Assembly: GCA_002269645.1 (NCBI GenBank)
Contig: NIVC01001811.1
Coordinates: forward strand, 372,001 to 436,000
DNA from: Macrostomum lignano
Taxonomy: Eukaryota
DNA length: 64,000 nt
Direction: 5' to 3'
Shown here: positions 1 to 10,779 of the stretch, one piece after another
How positions within the stretch are numbered: position 1 is the stretch's first letter
Layout of the letters: the number at the start of each line of letters is the position of its first letter
Program-made: the position numbers and the translations under genes
Notes under the pieces: model-generated
Databases searched by the model: none
The model's input: only the letters and a program-made list of their open reading frames with translations
Told to the model about the DNA's origin: nothing

Positions 1-65
1 AAAATATAGCCGCCCTTTACAAGCTTTCTTTCCAACCGTAGAGCCACTTGAATCATTCTGCTCTC

Positions 66-499
66 TCAAACCCCCAGCTCTTTCAGCAGTCTTCCTAATT
101 CTTTGCTTGGCGCGTGCAATGCAAAACCCACCCCACCCTCGACGTCCATTCCCAATCCCAACTTTGCCTTACTAAAAATAACAGCTTTAACTAGCTTCGA
201 GCGATCGATTCCTTCCACCCGCTGAAGCCCCTATATTGTCTAGTCTCCTAATGCATTTCTTTGTCCCAGCGATTCTTCTCTCAGGAAAATCTCTATATTT
301 AACGTCATGCCACATGCAGACAGAGTCTAGCTCATTCACAGGCTCATGCCCAGGATTTGGATAATTGTTTTTATCTAACTGTATTTCAAGTGGATTCAAA
401 GGCCGCAATATTTATAGCCGGGAAGTGTCCAGCCTTTGTTTGGACGAGGAAGCTTTTCTATCAGTCCATGTGAATCTATTTTACCACAGAGCGCTGCAT
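66..499 (-). pseudogene. Parvovirus-type phospholipase A2 domain protein (frameshifted)
   Basis: Joining frames on the minus strand gives MQRS..GKIDSHGLIEKLPRPNKGWTLPGYKYCG(P)LNPLEIQLDKNNYPNPGHEPVNELDSVCMWHDVKYRD...VKAVIFSKAKLGLG. This contains the YxGP Ca-loop and the HD catalytic motif. At least three frame changes. Confidence 0.85.
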
Positions 500-528
500 T
501 ATTTTATTTAAATTTTCTTTTTAAATAA

Positions 529-1555
529 ATGACAGATCAGAAACTTAAAAAACTCTACTACAGCGACAAAGGATTTTGTAGGCAAAATGCTGTTAGTAAA
601 CTCATGGAGCTGAGTAAAGCAGCCAATACCAGTAGAAAAATGGCTCTCTAAGCAGGCTGTCTTTCAAGTCTATTTCCCACCAGTAAAATTTGAAAGGCGC
701 CATTTCAGTATTTATAAAACCTAATGAAGCGCACCAAGCAGATCTTTGTTTCTCCCCAACGACTCAGGCTACAAGTATGCTCTACAATTATTGACATTGC
801 TTCCAGATATAAGGAAGCTCGCCCACTCAAGACGAAGAAGTCAGAGGTTGTTGCCAGCGCACTGCAAGATATTTTATAAAAACTCTCGCGCTCACATACC
901 CCCAAATCTTATGACCGACCCGGGTAAGGAATTCATGGGTGTAGTGAAATCCCTTATGGAAAAAAAAAACACAGAGATTCGCTATGGCAGAACAAACTTG
1001 CACAGAGACCAGGCTTTTGTGGAAAGATTCAATCTAACTCTAGCCAAGAGGCTATTCACTAAGCAGACAGCTGAAGAGCTGAAACTAAAAAGTGGTCAGT
1101 ACTATACCAAGTGGACAGACCGGTCCCCACTGTTATAGAGCAACTGAACAATGAAGTCACACGCATGACTGGATTGAAACCATCCCATGCAATTAAACAA
1201 GACACTGTCGAACTTAAGGCATCTCATAGAACAGACAACAACACGACAACCACACAACACACACAACACAAAACACACCTCGAACTACTAAAGCTTCCAG
1301 AGTTGAATCACCATACATACTGACAAACTCTGAGTTTCTACGCTTTTTATATCTACCTGGAGAGCTAGAGAAGACACCAAAAGAAGAGCTACAGATCCAT
1401 ACTTCAGCCTTGATGTACATAAAATAGACAGACATTTTACCTCCGACTCCGGTGACTATTACTTTTTATCTCAGGCCTTTAACCCTAAATCCCCCACGCG
1501 GTCATTCACTAGAGCTGAACTCCTAGTGATACCAGCTGACACAGAAATTAATTAA
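529..1555 (+). pseudogene. Retroviral-type (rve) integrase of the Polinton, frameshifted
   Basis: Fragments HQAD(L)FLPND..YKYAL..IDIASRYKEA, MTDPGKEFMG, QAFVERFN (D-D-E), and C-terminal YLPGELE..KRRATDPYFS..RSFTRAELLVIPADTE. Multiple single-base indels. Confidence 0.9.
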
Positions 1556-1571
1556 AATATTAAAATAAAAA

Positions 1572-2016
1572 ATGACAAAGATTGAAACCAGAACCATCAA
1601 TAAACTCAATAAAATCATTGAATCAAAGAAACCAGGTATTATATCAATTAAAGGTGTCAAAGTAAAAATCGATCCCACGCAGCAAATACTTCAGTGTAAT
1701 GAGCAAAGACACAGCATCACAGATGAAAAGTCAGGAGGAATCCTACCATTAGCAGCTCTTATTCCGAATCATTGCAGGCGCTGTAAGTGCCGCAGGTGGT
1801 GTAGCTGGAGGTGTAGCAACTGCTGTTAAAGCTGGAATGATAGAGCCCACCAGCTGAATTGCAAAAGATTGCAAGAGACAAAGGTATAACAATTAAGGCA
1901 GGAGAGGGCTGCCCGATCGTGATGATTGTGAGAATGAAAATTCTGTAAGCAAGTCTGACATTGTCAAAGCCATCATGACACTGCACAATGCTGGGTTTAC
2001 AATAATGCGGATGTGA
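1572..2016 (+). pseudogene. Small basic protein with an adenovirus protein X-like hydrophobic segment (frameshifted)
   Basis: Frame-joined KSGGILPLAALIP-IIAGAVSAAGGVAGGVATAVKAG..ELQKIARDKGITIKAGEG resembles the GGxLPxLIPxIAAA segment of adenovirus pX. Confidence 0.6.
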
Positions 2017-2136
2017 TGAGGTTTAAAACCCCACTTTATCCAGCTTCATAAACCTAACGCTACTTATAGGATGTAGAAACAGTTCAACTTTTCTATCAGG
2101 GTGGTCACCCTCAAAATTTTTTATTTATAGAAAAAA

Positions 2137-5100
2137 ATGCCAAAAGCTAATCCAGCAAGATTTAGTCAACAAATATTTTTCAAAAGGCGTCTCATTTCAA
2201 GACAAAAGTAATTCACTAAGAGAAGCATGCAAACAAAAGTTCAACACCGACCCTGGTCACCTGGGAAGCTATGAAAAACAGTTGGAAATCATCAATCAAT
2301 TAGAATCAAACCAGTATGCGCCTATAAAAATTCTGCAAAGGAACACCAAGAGAGGAGTCGCAACTTAGTTAACAAATACGAAACTCTCACTGGTGAAAAA
2401 GCAAAGTACCCACAAAATAAGCAGGAACAAGAGAAATTAGAGCAATTAATCCATTTAAAAGAGTCGGAGCTTGCCATGAAGAGATTAATTTTGCACAGAG
2501 GAAGTTTACAGAACATTACATAGAGTACACAATCCCAATAAACGGCACCACGGTACCACCGCAAACATCTACGACTATAAAGACAGCATCCAATCAGTTG
2601 TTGATCACACACTCAAAACACGCAAGACTTTAAACTACAGATATCATTCAAGATTGCGTTTTATATGCCTGCGAAACCCACTGAGCATCTCGAGTATTAC
2701 ATGACAACAAAGGCAAAGCCATTCACCCCACAGACACACTGGATCCTTTCCTTCAAGATGTCACTAAGAAAATTGAAGCGTTTCATCCAGAGGTTCCGGA
2801 TGGGTCGTGGGAGGGATTCAAAGAGCGACTGTCATGGTCATGAAATATGACCCACTTAAAGCCTCCTCTTATATAGAGCTCCCGCATAAGCTAGCCGGTA
2901 AAAAAGCTTGCATAAATGTTAAAAATAAAGACAATTGCTGTGCTCTATGGGCAGTTCTTTCTGCACTTCTTCATGATAGTGTCCCTCACCACCCGAAAGA
3001 ACCTCAAATTATCAAAATTATTTCAACTACTATCTCATCGAATGCGAAAAGAAGGGAATCAGGTTTGACAAAGGAGGCTTGGCGATCTCTCAGATCCCAA
3101 AGCTAGAAGAAGTGTTTAATAACAAAATTAGAATCACAGTCTTTGAGTGGAGTGAAAAAACTGAGAAAGTTCAACCGGTCAGATGTAGCAAAGACGTTTT
3201 AGATCCCGAGGGAAAAGGCGGACTGAAGTGGATCTTCTAGTGATTGGTAATTTACTAGAGGAGGCTCACTATGTTTGGATTAAAGATCTTTCAAGACTCA
3301 TTCACAAACAGTTGAATAATCATCACGAGGCTGTTGCCATCTGCCGCTTGTGCCTTAAGCATTACAGTGGACCTGAACGCTTTGAAAACTAGCAGAGCAT
3401 GAATTATCATGCGAGGATCACCCAACAAACTGCTCTCTTCCTTCAGCTGAAGAGAAGTAATCTCCGGTTTAAGAATTATCATAAGATGGAGAAGCTCCCA
3501 TTTGTTGTATATGCTGATTCGAATGCTCAATCGTGCCGGAAACACAAAACAAACTCAACTCAAAAACAAACTCCAACTCAAAAACAAACTCAAACTCAAA
3601 AACATATCCCCAATTCAGTAGCATATGCCTTTATTAATACAAAAGGACTTGTTGAGTATAATTATTTCTTTGGAGAGCAGTGTGTGGAGCAGTTATTGCC
3701 AGAATGTTAGAGTTGCAAAGTAATTAGCACCCTTCAACCTGTTCCAATAAGTATGTCTGAGGAGGATGAATTAATTTCCTATCAGCAACTCATTGCCACA
3801 TCTGCAGGAAACATTTAACTTGCACTAATATTAAAAACCCCACCGTTAGGGACCACTGCCACTTTACTGGGAAATTTAGAGGTGCAGCGCATAACACCTG
3901 TAATCTAAAGCTAAAATCGAACATTCATGATCTAACGATATTTTGTCACAACGCAAAGAACTATGACATGCATTTAATAGTTGAAAAAATCGGCATGATT
4001 CCAGACATACACCTTGATTGCATCGCAGAGAACAAGGAGAAGTTTAAGTGTGTTGATATTAAACAGGATAATTCGGGTACAGGTAAAATAAGACTGAAGG
4101 ATTCATATCAATTTCTAGCTGCCAGTCTAGACGAACTAAGCAAGAATCTAAAAGATGAACAATGTACATATACAAAGATGTTTGCAAGTAAAATTAACAA
4201 CATGATGAATCATTTAAACTTTAAGAAAGAAAGGCTTCTACCCCTATGAAAATATTACTGGGTATCACGTATTTGAAGAAGGTTTACCACCACAGGAGAA
4301 GTTCTTTTCAAAGCTAACAGACTCTGGAATCTCTGACAAAGACTATGAGCACGCGAAGCATGTCTATAATTACTTTAATTGTCAAAACTTCTTCCAGTAT
4401 CACCTGCTTTACCTCTTCACAGAGTGTTTCTGCTGGCCGATGTGTTTGAAACCTTCAGATACACCTGGTACACAGCATATGGCCTCGATCCAGCACATTA
4501 TGTGTCTCTGCCTGCCACTAGCTGGGAATCTTTGCTTAAAATGAAATGGGATCAAGATCCAGATTGGTACATTGAACTTCTTACAGACATTGACATGTAC
4601 AATTTTGTCGAATCGTCAAAGCGAGGGGGAATCTCAATTTGCACCCATAGATATGCAAAAGCAAACAATCCCTACATTGAATCTTACAATAAGGAGCAGC
4701 CCTCAAACTACATTACTTACTTGGACGCTAATAATCTCTACGGTTGGGCGATGAGTCAAGATCTTCCAGTTAGAGATTTTCGATGGCTACCCTCATCAGA
4801 ATTCAAATGGGACTTTTCATTGGCTGCCATCTATGAGGTTGATGTTTACATTCCACCAGAGCTTCACGACTATTTCTCTGACTTTCCACCCTTCCAGAGA
4901 ACATCAAGTGCCCGAAAATAATCGAAACTCCCAATGATAATAATGGAACTTGGCACCTGTCAGGAACAGAAAAAGAACATACAGAGAAACTAACACAGAA
5001 TCTAAACAACAAGACACGTTACAAAATCATTACAAACTGCTTCAGTATTTTATCTCACTTGGTTGCAGGGTCACCAAAGTTCACAGGGCTCTTACATTTA

Positions 5101-6002
5101 CAGAGGAAGCGTGGATGAAACCCTACATTGATAAGAACACCCAGTTTAGGACCAAAGCAACCAACGACTTTGACAAGAACCTCTTTAAGTTGGCCAACAA
5201 CTCTGTCTATGGCAAGACTCTTGAGAATGAGCGGAAAAGAACAAACCTGAAACTTGTTACCTCATCAGAGCCTGTTGTTATTCAGGCAAATATGTCAAAG
5301 CCAACATTCAAAGAACTTCATATCTTTAATAGCTACTTAGGTGTGATCATATTTTACAAAACCAAGGTGACGCTGCGCAAGCCGATCTATACAGGTGTCA
5401 CTGTTCTCGACGAATCAAAACGTCTGATGTACCAGTTCTTCTATGGCATGAAGCAGCAGTACAAGGATAAAATGAAACTCTTGTACACTGACACAGACAG
5501 TTTTATTATGGACATTCAAACAGAAGACATTTATCAGGACATGCTGCAGCAAAAAGATTTGTTTGACTTGTCTGAGTATGATAAATCTTTCAGGACGCTG
5601 AATGGTGATCAAGTGTTTGACGCCACTAACAAGAAAGTGATTGGGAAAATGAAGGACGAGATTGCTGGTGATATAATCACTGAATTCATTGGGTTGAGAG
5701 CAAAGTCCTATTTTGTAAAATGTGAGTCGTCAGACCCAATTAAAAAATCAAAGGGAATTCCGAAACGTGTGGTTAGGAAGGAAATTAATGAAGCTGAATA
5801 CAGAGACGCCTTGAATTGCAACAAAAAGACATCACATGAGTTCTCAAAGCTACAATCTAAAAACCATATTATTCACACAATTCAGCAAAAGAAGATTGGA
5901 CTGTCAGGTGCAGATAACAAGAGATTCATTTTTGATGACAATATCAACAGTCTACCGTTCGGGCATTGGAGATTAGGTTTAGGAGGTGGATATTGGGTTT
6001 AG
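2137..6002 (+). pseudogene. Protein-primed family B DNA polymerase (pPolB); 5' two-thirds frameshifted, 4950-6002 open
   Basis: Motifs GSGW, YDPLKASSYIELP, RDHCHFTGKFRGAAHNTCNL, RGGIS, YLDANNLYGWAM, KLANNSVYGKT, YTDTDS, IGKMKDE, FIGLRAKSY. At least eight frame changes before ~4950. The start at 2137 is inferred. Confidence 0.93.
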
Positions 6003-6035
6003 GTTTAAGAGAAAGTTTAATAAACCTCATAAAAA

Positions 6036-6437
6036 ATGACAACAAATAACTTTCTTGAAGATTTGGCTAACGAACTGGAAATCCCAAACTTTAGAGGAAT
6101 ATTTATGAGGGACACTCTGCCTGATTTTCCTCTAAGAAAAGAATGCGGCATCATGAACTTTGACACCACCGATAAGCCAGGATCTCATTGGGTTTGCTGG
6201 GTGATTGATCCCGATCGCAAGCACAAGTGTTATTACTTCGATAGCTATGGGACGGCAGTACCAGAAGAGCTAAGAAATTATATGAAGGGAAAAAATAATA
6301 AAAAAATTTATCGCTCAGACTTTATTCTCCAAGGTCTTAGCAGTGATATTTGCGGTGAGCTGTGCATGACTGTTTTGTATGCAATGACCAAAACACGAAA
6401 GACCTACAAGGAAATTATTCTTGGCTGTGTTTCATAG
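6036..6437 (+). CDS. Adenain-like cysteine protease (virion maturation protease)
   Basis: Open 133-aa ORF with catalytic motifs GSHWV, YFDSYG and Q..SDICGELC. Confidence 0.92.
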   Translation: MTTNNFLEDLANELEIPNFRGIFMRDTLPDFPLRKECGIMNFDTTDKPGSHWVCWVIDPDRKHKCYYFDSYGTAVPEELRNYMKGKNNKKIYRSDFILQGLSSDICGELCMTVLYAMTKTRKTYKEIILGCVS

Positions 6438-6441
6438 GGGT

Positions 6442-7083
6442 TCATTGTGCATTCCTCGTTGTACTTCTCGTTGTCCTTCTTTCCACATAATGTTGAAGAA
6501 CTTTCTCGAGTTCATTTCTCAGCTGACTCATGTCATCAATACCGACCATGTTCAAGTTCATTCGAATTGATTGTTCATAAAGATCCTGAATGGTTTTGAA
6601 CTCATCCTCTGAAATGAACTTATCATCGATTGCCCTTGAAATGTACCCTATGATTGAAGTGTGCACCCCTTTCTCTTTTACTTGCTTCTCCTGTAGCTGC
6701 TTTAGTTTTTTTCGCCTGTTTCGCGCTAATGCTCCAGTAATTGCTGAAATAAGTCCACATGCAGCACCCACAGAGCCGAGCGGGATTGCAATTGGGGCTG
6801 TGATGACTGGCAACACTGAGACAGCCGCAGCAGATCCAGATAGAACAGACACAGATCCTAGAATCATATTGCTGTAGTCGAAAAATTTACAGTGGTTTTC
6901 ATAGCGCTTAATTTTCTTTCTGTTGTGGAAAATATTTTTTTCAAGATCATCGCGCATTTTTTGAATCTCCACCAGTCGAAACTGTTGAGAGTTACAAGTA
7001 ATGACGGGGTAGAGTTTTTGTTGCTCATATTGGGGTGCATTCAGATTCGGTGCCAGGTTTTGTGTGTTCGAATTCGGTGCCAT
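6442..7083 (-). CDS. Conserved Polinton protein with a central hydrophobic hairpin (putative membrane-active protein)
   Basis: 213-aa ORF: LYPVI..FRLVEIQKMR, hydrophobic ILGSVSVL...ISAITGAL, then RAIDDKFISEDEF. The frame stays open upstream to an ATA at 7155. Confidence 0.75.
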   Translation of the reverse strand: MAPNSNTQNLAPNLNAPQYEQQKLYPVITCNSQQFRLVEIQKMRDDLEKNIFHNRKKIKRYENHCKFFDYSNMILGSVSVLSGSAAAVSVLPVITAPIAIPLGSVGAACGLISAITGALARNRRKKLKQLQEKQVKEKGVHTSIIGYISRAIDDKFISEDEFKTIQDLYEQSIRMNLNMVGIDDMSQLRNELEKVLQHYVERRTTRSTTRNAQ

Positions 7084-7245
7084 TGAGTTTGGTGCTGTCG
7101 GTATTTTAGGTTCAACGTATTGAGACTGATCGTATAGAGAATTTTGTTGGGCTATTTTTTCTCTAGAAAAAATAAAAAAATTATAAAACTATCCGGTTGA
7201 AAGATCTGTTTTCTTTTTGATAATTCCATCTGCACCGCCGGTTGT

Positions 7246-8064
7246 CTAGGCGGCTCTCGTGACGCCGGAGGATCGCGAGTCCAGCAGGCAGCGGCTGGGC
7301 GGCTGACGTTTGAGAGCGTGCCGGATTACTCCGGCGGGGTCCAGAGCTCCTTCTACTCGATCTGTAGACATGACCGGACGAGCAGCAGATTCTGCTTCAT
7401 CAATAGCAATGTCACGAAGATTGAGTGTTCTCTCCAGACGATCAAGCCTCCTTATTATTTTACCCCAAGAGCTATACATTCCGTTTAGATAGCTACTGTG
7501 TGATACATCCTTTCTCTTTAATGCTTCAAGTCTTTCTTTAATTCTATCATGCAACGATGTTGACTGGTTCATGAACTCTTCTAAATTATTGACTTTAACT
7601 GTGTTGGTTGCGACGTTTTCTTTAATTCTATCATGCAATGCTGTTGACTGGTTCATGAACTCTTCTAAATTATTCACTTTAGCTGTGTTTGTGAAAACTC
7701 CTCCTTCAAGAATACGCATCCGTCTATCAGTGGAATTTCCCAGAAGATTAACTGATGATCTCAAGCCGTTGATTAGCGAGACTATCGAAGTTATTTCTGA
7801 CCTTAGTTCATTAGTTGCGTTTAACAACGGCACATAAAGCTTATCACTTTCAAACTTCTGCCTAGCTACTTTAAGCCTGAGATCTTCCATGTTTATTTGC
7901 AACTGGTGCATGGAGCGCTCTAGGGCTTTCAGTCTGTTTTTATTCAGTTTGATCTCTGGGATCTTTTCGTCGCTGTTGATATATCGCCTGTCAAGGATGG
8001 ATATCTGAGCTGATGTAAGAGCGCTGTTGCCAGAAATGGATTCACCTGCAAAGTTTATCGACAT
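7246..8064 (-). CDS. Coiled-coil protein with an internal 28-aa duplication (fibre/spike candidate)
   Basis: Open 272-aa ORF with heptad character; TNTxKVNNLEEFMNQSTxLHDRIKE occurs twice. Confidence 0.7.
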   Translation of the reverse strand: MSINFAGESISGNSALTSAQISILDRRYINSDEKIPEIKLNKNRLKALERSMHQLQINMEDLRLKVARQKFESDKLYVPLLNATNELRSEITSIVSLINGLRSSVNLLGNSTDRRMRILEGGVFTNTAKVNNLEEFMNQSTALHDRIKENVATNTVKVNNLEEFMNQSTSLHDRIKERLEALKRKDVSHSSYLNGMYSSWGKIIRRLDRLERTLNLRDIAIDEAESAARPVMSTDRVEGALDPAGVIRHALKRQPPSRCLLDSRSSGVTRAA

Positions 8065-8080
8065 CTTTTAATAGCAAATT

Positions 8081-8881
8081 TTAAATTACAGTTCTTTTTT
8101 CTTTGCTGATAATCACAAACTGGTAAGGCTGATTCCACTTGTCATAGCAAAGATTAACGAATTCCTCTTGTGAAATCTTTCTGCTTGAGTTTTTTGTTGG
8201 ATTTATGAAATAGGCAGGCGCAATGACCTCATTGTAAAATCTTTTTAACCTGTCCTGTGGAATGGTTGGAAACAGGAGAATCAGATTGCAGTTCCCACGA
8301 ATTGTTTTGTTCGGGAGCTCGAACCAATTCTGTGCAATGTAAATTACATTACAATTGTTATGTCGCCCTCTTGTAAAATAGTTTTCTATCTGCTTCTGTG
8401 GGCCTGTCATACAATCATCAAAGACGATCAAATGCTTTCTCCCCTTTTCTAGCTCATCTGGTTGGGGTAGAAGTTTGGTCTTTGGATCAGCCTGTGGATC
8501 TCCATAGGTGAACACTTTAATGTTCTGCCATTTTTCATTGTCTTTGAGGTGCTTTGCATATTCAGCAGCTACAATTTCTGGGTTACTGGGAAGGATTTGT
8601 TGGTTATTAAAACATTGAATAATGTCCTCTTTGTTCAGTTTGTTTTGCAATCCAGAAATCAGCATTTTATACTCATCTTGATACAGTGTGGGAGAGTAGA
8701 TGTGCAGAGTGTCATAGTCGATAAAGCCAGGTCTAAGAAGCATGTTAAAGACTCTGAATGTTTTACCTGAACCTGATGAACCAACAACAATGCATCTGAA
8801 GTGACTCGGGATTGACTCATGATGAGAAAACTTAATCTGATTACGCGTCCAGTGAGGATTGAAGTCGTTTGAAAAGTCCAT
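8081..8881 (-). CDS. A32/FtsK-like DNA packaging ATPase
   Basis: Walker A GSSGSGKT, Walker B LIVFDD, FTRGRHNN arginine motif and YIAQNWF; open 266-aa ORF. Confidence 0.95.
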   Translation of the reverse strand: MDFSNDFNPHWTRNQIKFSHHESIPSHFRCIVVGSSGSGKTFRVFNMLLRPGFIDYDTLHIYSPTLYQDEYKMLISGLQNKLNKEDIIQCFNNQQILPSNPEIVAAEYAKHLKDNEKWQNIKVFTYGDPQADPKTKLLPQPDELEKGRKHLIVFDDCMTGPQKQIENYFTRGRHNNCNVIYIAQNWFELPNKTIRGNCNLILLFPTIPQDRLKRFYNEVIAPAYFINPTKNSSRKISQEEFVNLCYDKWNQPYQFVIISKEKRTVI

Positions 8882-8923
8882 TTTTTTTTCTATGATGAAA
8901 AAAATAATTAAATAATAAATAAT

Positions 8924-9090
8924 TTAGATGTGTCATTTCGGGACTTAGATGTGTCATTTTGGGACTTAGATGTGTCATTTTGGGACTTAGATGTGTCATT
9001 TTGGGACTTAGATGTGTCATTTGGGACTTAGATGTGTCATTTTGGTACTTAATTGTGTCATTTTGGGACTTAGATGTGTCATTTTGAGAC
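8924..9090. repeat. Eight copies of a 21-bp tandem repeat (TTAGATGTGTCATTTTGGGAC) inside the Polinton
   Basis: Read directly; intergenic between the 9117 stop codon and the ATPase start (8881). Confidence 0.95.
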
Positions 9091-9116
9091 TAGTCTTGTA
9101 CCCTCGGAAAGTACCT

Positions 9117-9496
9117 TTAGTCAAATTTGAAACCACTTCCTTTTTTAATGCTTGCTCTCATCTTCTCATAGACTGCAGGGTCCACACTGTCTGGGTTTGG
9201 GGCCAGCGGGGCCAGTGGAGGTTGAATCTCTTGTTTAGGTGTTACAGTATCCTTTATCTTTTTGGCTGCTGTGGCTACACTGCCAGCCGCTTCGGCAACG
9301 TTCTTGATGTTCTCTTTGTTCTCTCCAATGACCTTAAAAATCTTGGCCCCTGAGCGATCAAATCAGCAAGACCGTTCCCTGAGCGTTCTTTTCTTGGATA
9401 GTGGCCTGCAGGGAAAAGTCCAGATCCGCGTTTAATAAGATTAAGTTCCTCTTTGTCATAGTATTTGTCCACGTCTTTCTCAAAAATAATCGGCAT
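9117..9496 (-). pseudogene. Basic core-like protein with repeated G-S/N-G-hydrophobic motifs (one frameshift)
   Basis: ORF 9275..9496 continues after a frameshift as VAEAAGSVATAAKKIK..IKKGSGFKFD*. Motifs are IKRGSGLF, RSGNGLAD and IKKGSGFK. Confidence 0.6.
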
Positions 9497-9512
9497 CTTT
9501 TTAAATAGAAAT

Positions 9513-10749
9513 TTATTTTTTGTTAAACCGTGAAAGCAAAAGTTCTCTTGCTCTTTTATCGATATACTTCTTTTCCATCATTTTGTCCAGGATGTTGACA
9601 AATTCTTTTCTATTTTCATCTTTCATTCCGGTCTTTGCCGCTCCTAGAAGAACCGCTACTCGCTTGTAGATTTCAGAAATTCCTTTTCCTGTTGAGGGCG
9701 GTTGGTCTTGGGGTTGTGGAGTTGGTTGGGCTTGTAGCTGCTGGGGAGGTGATGCAAAAGACTGCTCACTTTCAGAGATGGAACTGTCATGCGGTGCCTG
9801 TCTTTGTTGAGGTGTGAAAACTCTTTGCTTGATTCTTTCATTCGATCTGGAGAGTGTTGTTCTAAGTGTTGCCAGGCATCTGGGTGATCATTTTTATATT
9901 TAGCTACATGAGTCGGATCTGCATTTTCCAGTTGCCTGAGTACTTCTGTAAAATGTTGTTGCTGTGGTTGTGGTTGTTGCTGTGGTTGTGGTTGTTGTTG
10001 TTGCTGTTGTTGTTGTTCTAGATATTTTATGACTTCCGCCTGATCTGGCAAATCGAACCATTGTTTAAAGTGGTTGTACTTTTTGAATTTAGTCAGGTTG
10101 ACACCGCTATCGTACATGTGTTTCAGAACTTCTGGGACCTTTAGTATTTCTATATCTCTAACAAGAGAAAAGTCACTAGATTTCTGTAGTTCTTTAGCTG
10201 CTTCTCGGAGATTTTCTCTTGGTTCTTGGTCATAAAAGTCAGTAAGGTGTCTGTGAAAGGAATTTTCATAGTTTCTGAGCCTTTGACAACAGAAATATTT
10301 TCCTTATTTATGTCGATATAATATTCCACTGGTTCATTATAAATGTTTCTTCTCCACATACTTATTCCAAATACATATTTCCCATCATGTTCGACACGCT
10401 CTACTGGTCCAAAAATGTTATCTGTCACTTTTAGTTGCTGTTGTGGTTGTGATTGTTGTTGTGATTGTTGTGGTTGCGGTTGTGTCTGTGGTTGCGGCTG
10501 TATCTGTGGTGCTTCTGGAATTTTGCCCAAAGCCTTTTGCACCTGGGTTTCCTGTATGTCGTCGATAGTTTCTTTGACCTGATCAATATTTTTCTTAGCT
10601 TCTCCATACCCGGGCTTATGAAACTCTGTGGCTGCTTGGACAAACTCATTGTAGGATTGCTGCTCCTTATTTATTAGCCCGGTAACTCGTTTCTCTGCTT
10701 GTGCTAGCTTCTCCAATTCAGATATCTGCTGTGTACTTTTTCGCTTCAT
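9513..10749 (-). pseudogene. Gln/Pro-rich Polinton protein split by at least two frameshifts
   Basis: ORFs 10150..10749 and 9656..10117 join, then continue as STGKGISEIYKRVAVLLGAAKTG..KEFVNILDKMM..*. This C-terminus resembles a motif I recall from Maverick proteins. Confidence 0.6.
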
Positions 10750-10779
10750 TTCTTATTTTATTTTATTTTTAGTTAAAAA

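Noticed and set aside
8924-9090. CRISPR-like appearance of this and the other regular arrays
   Set aside because: The units are head-to-tail with no unique spacers, there are no cas genes, and the context is eukaryotic.
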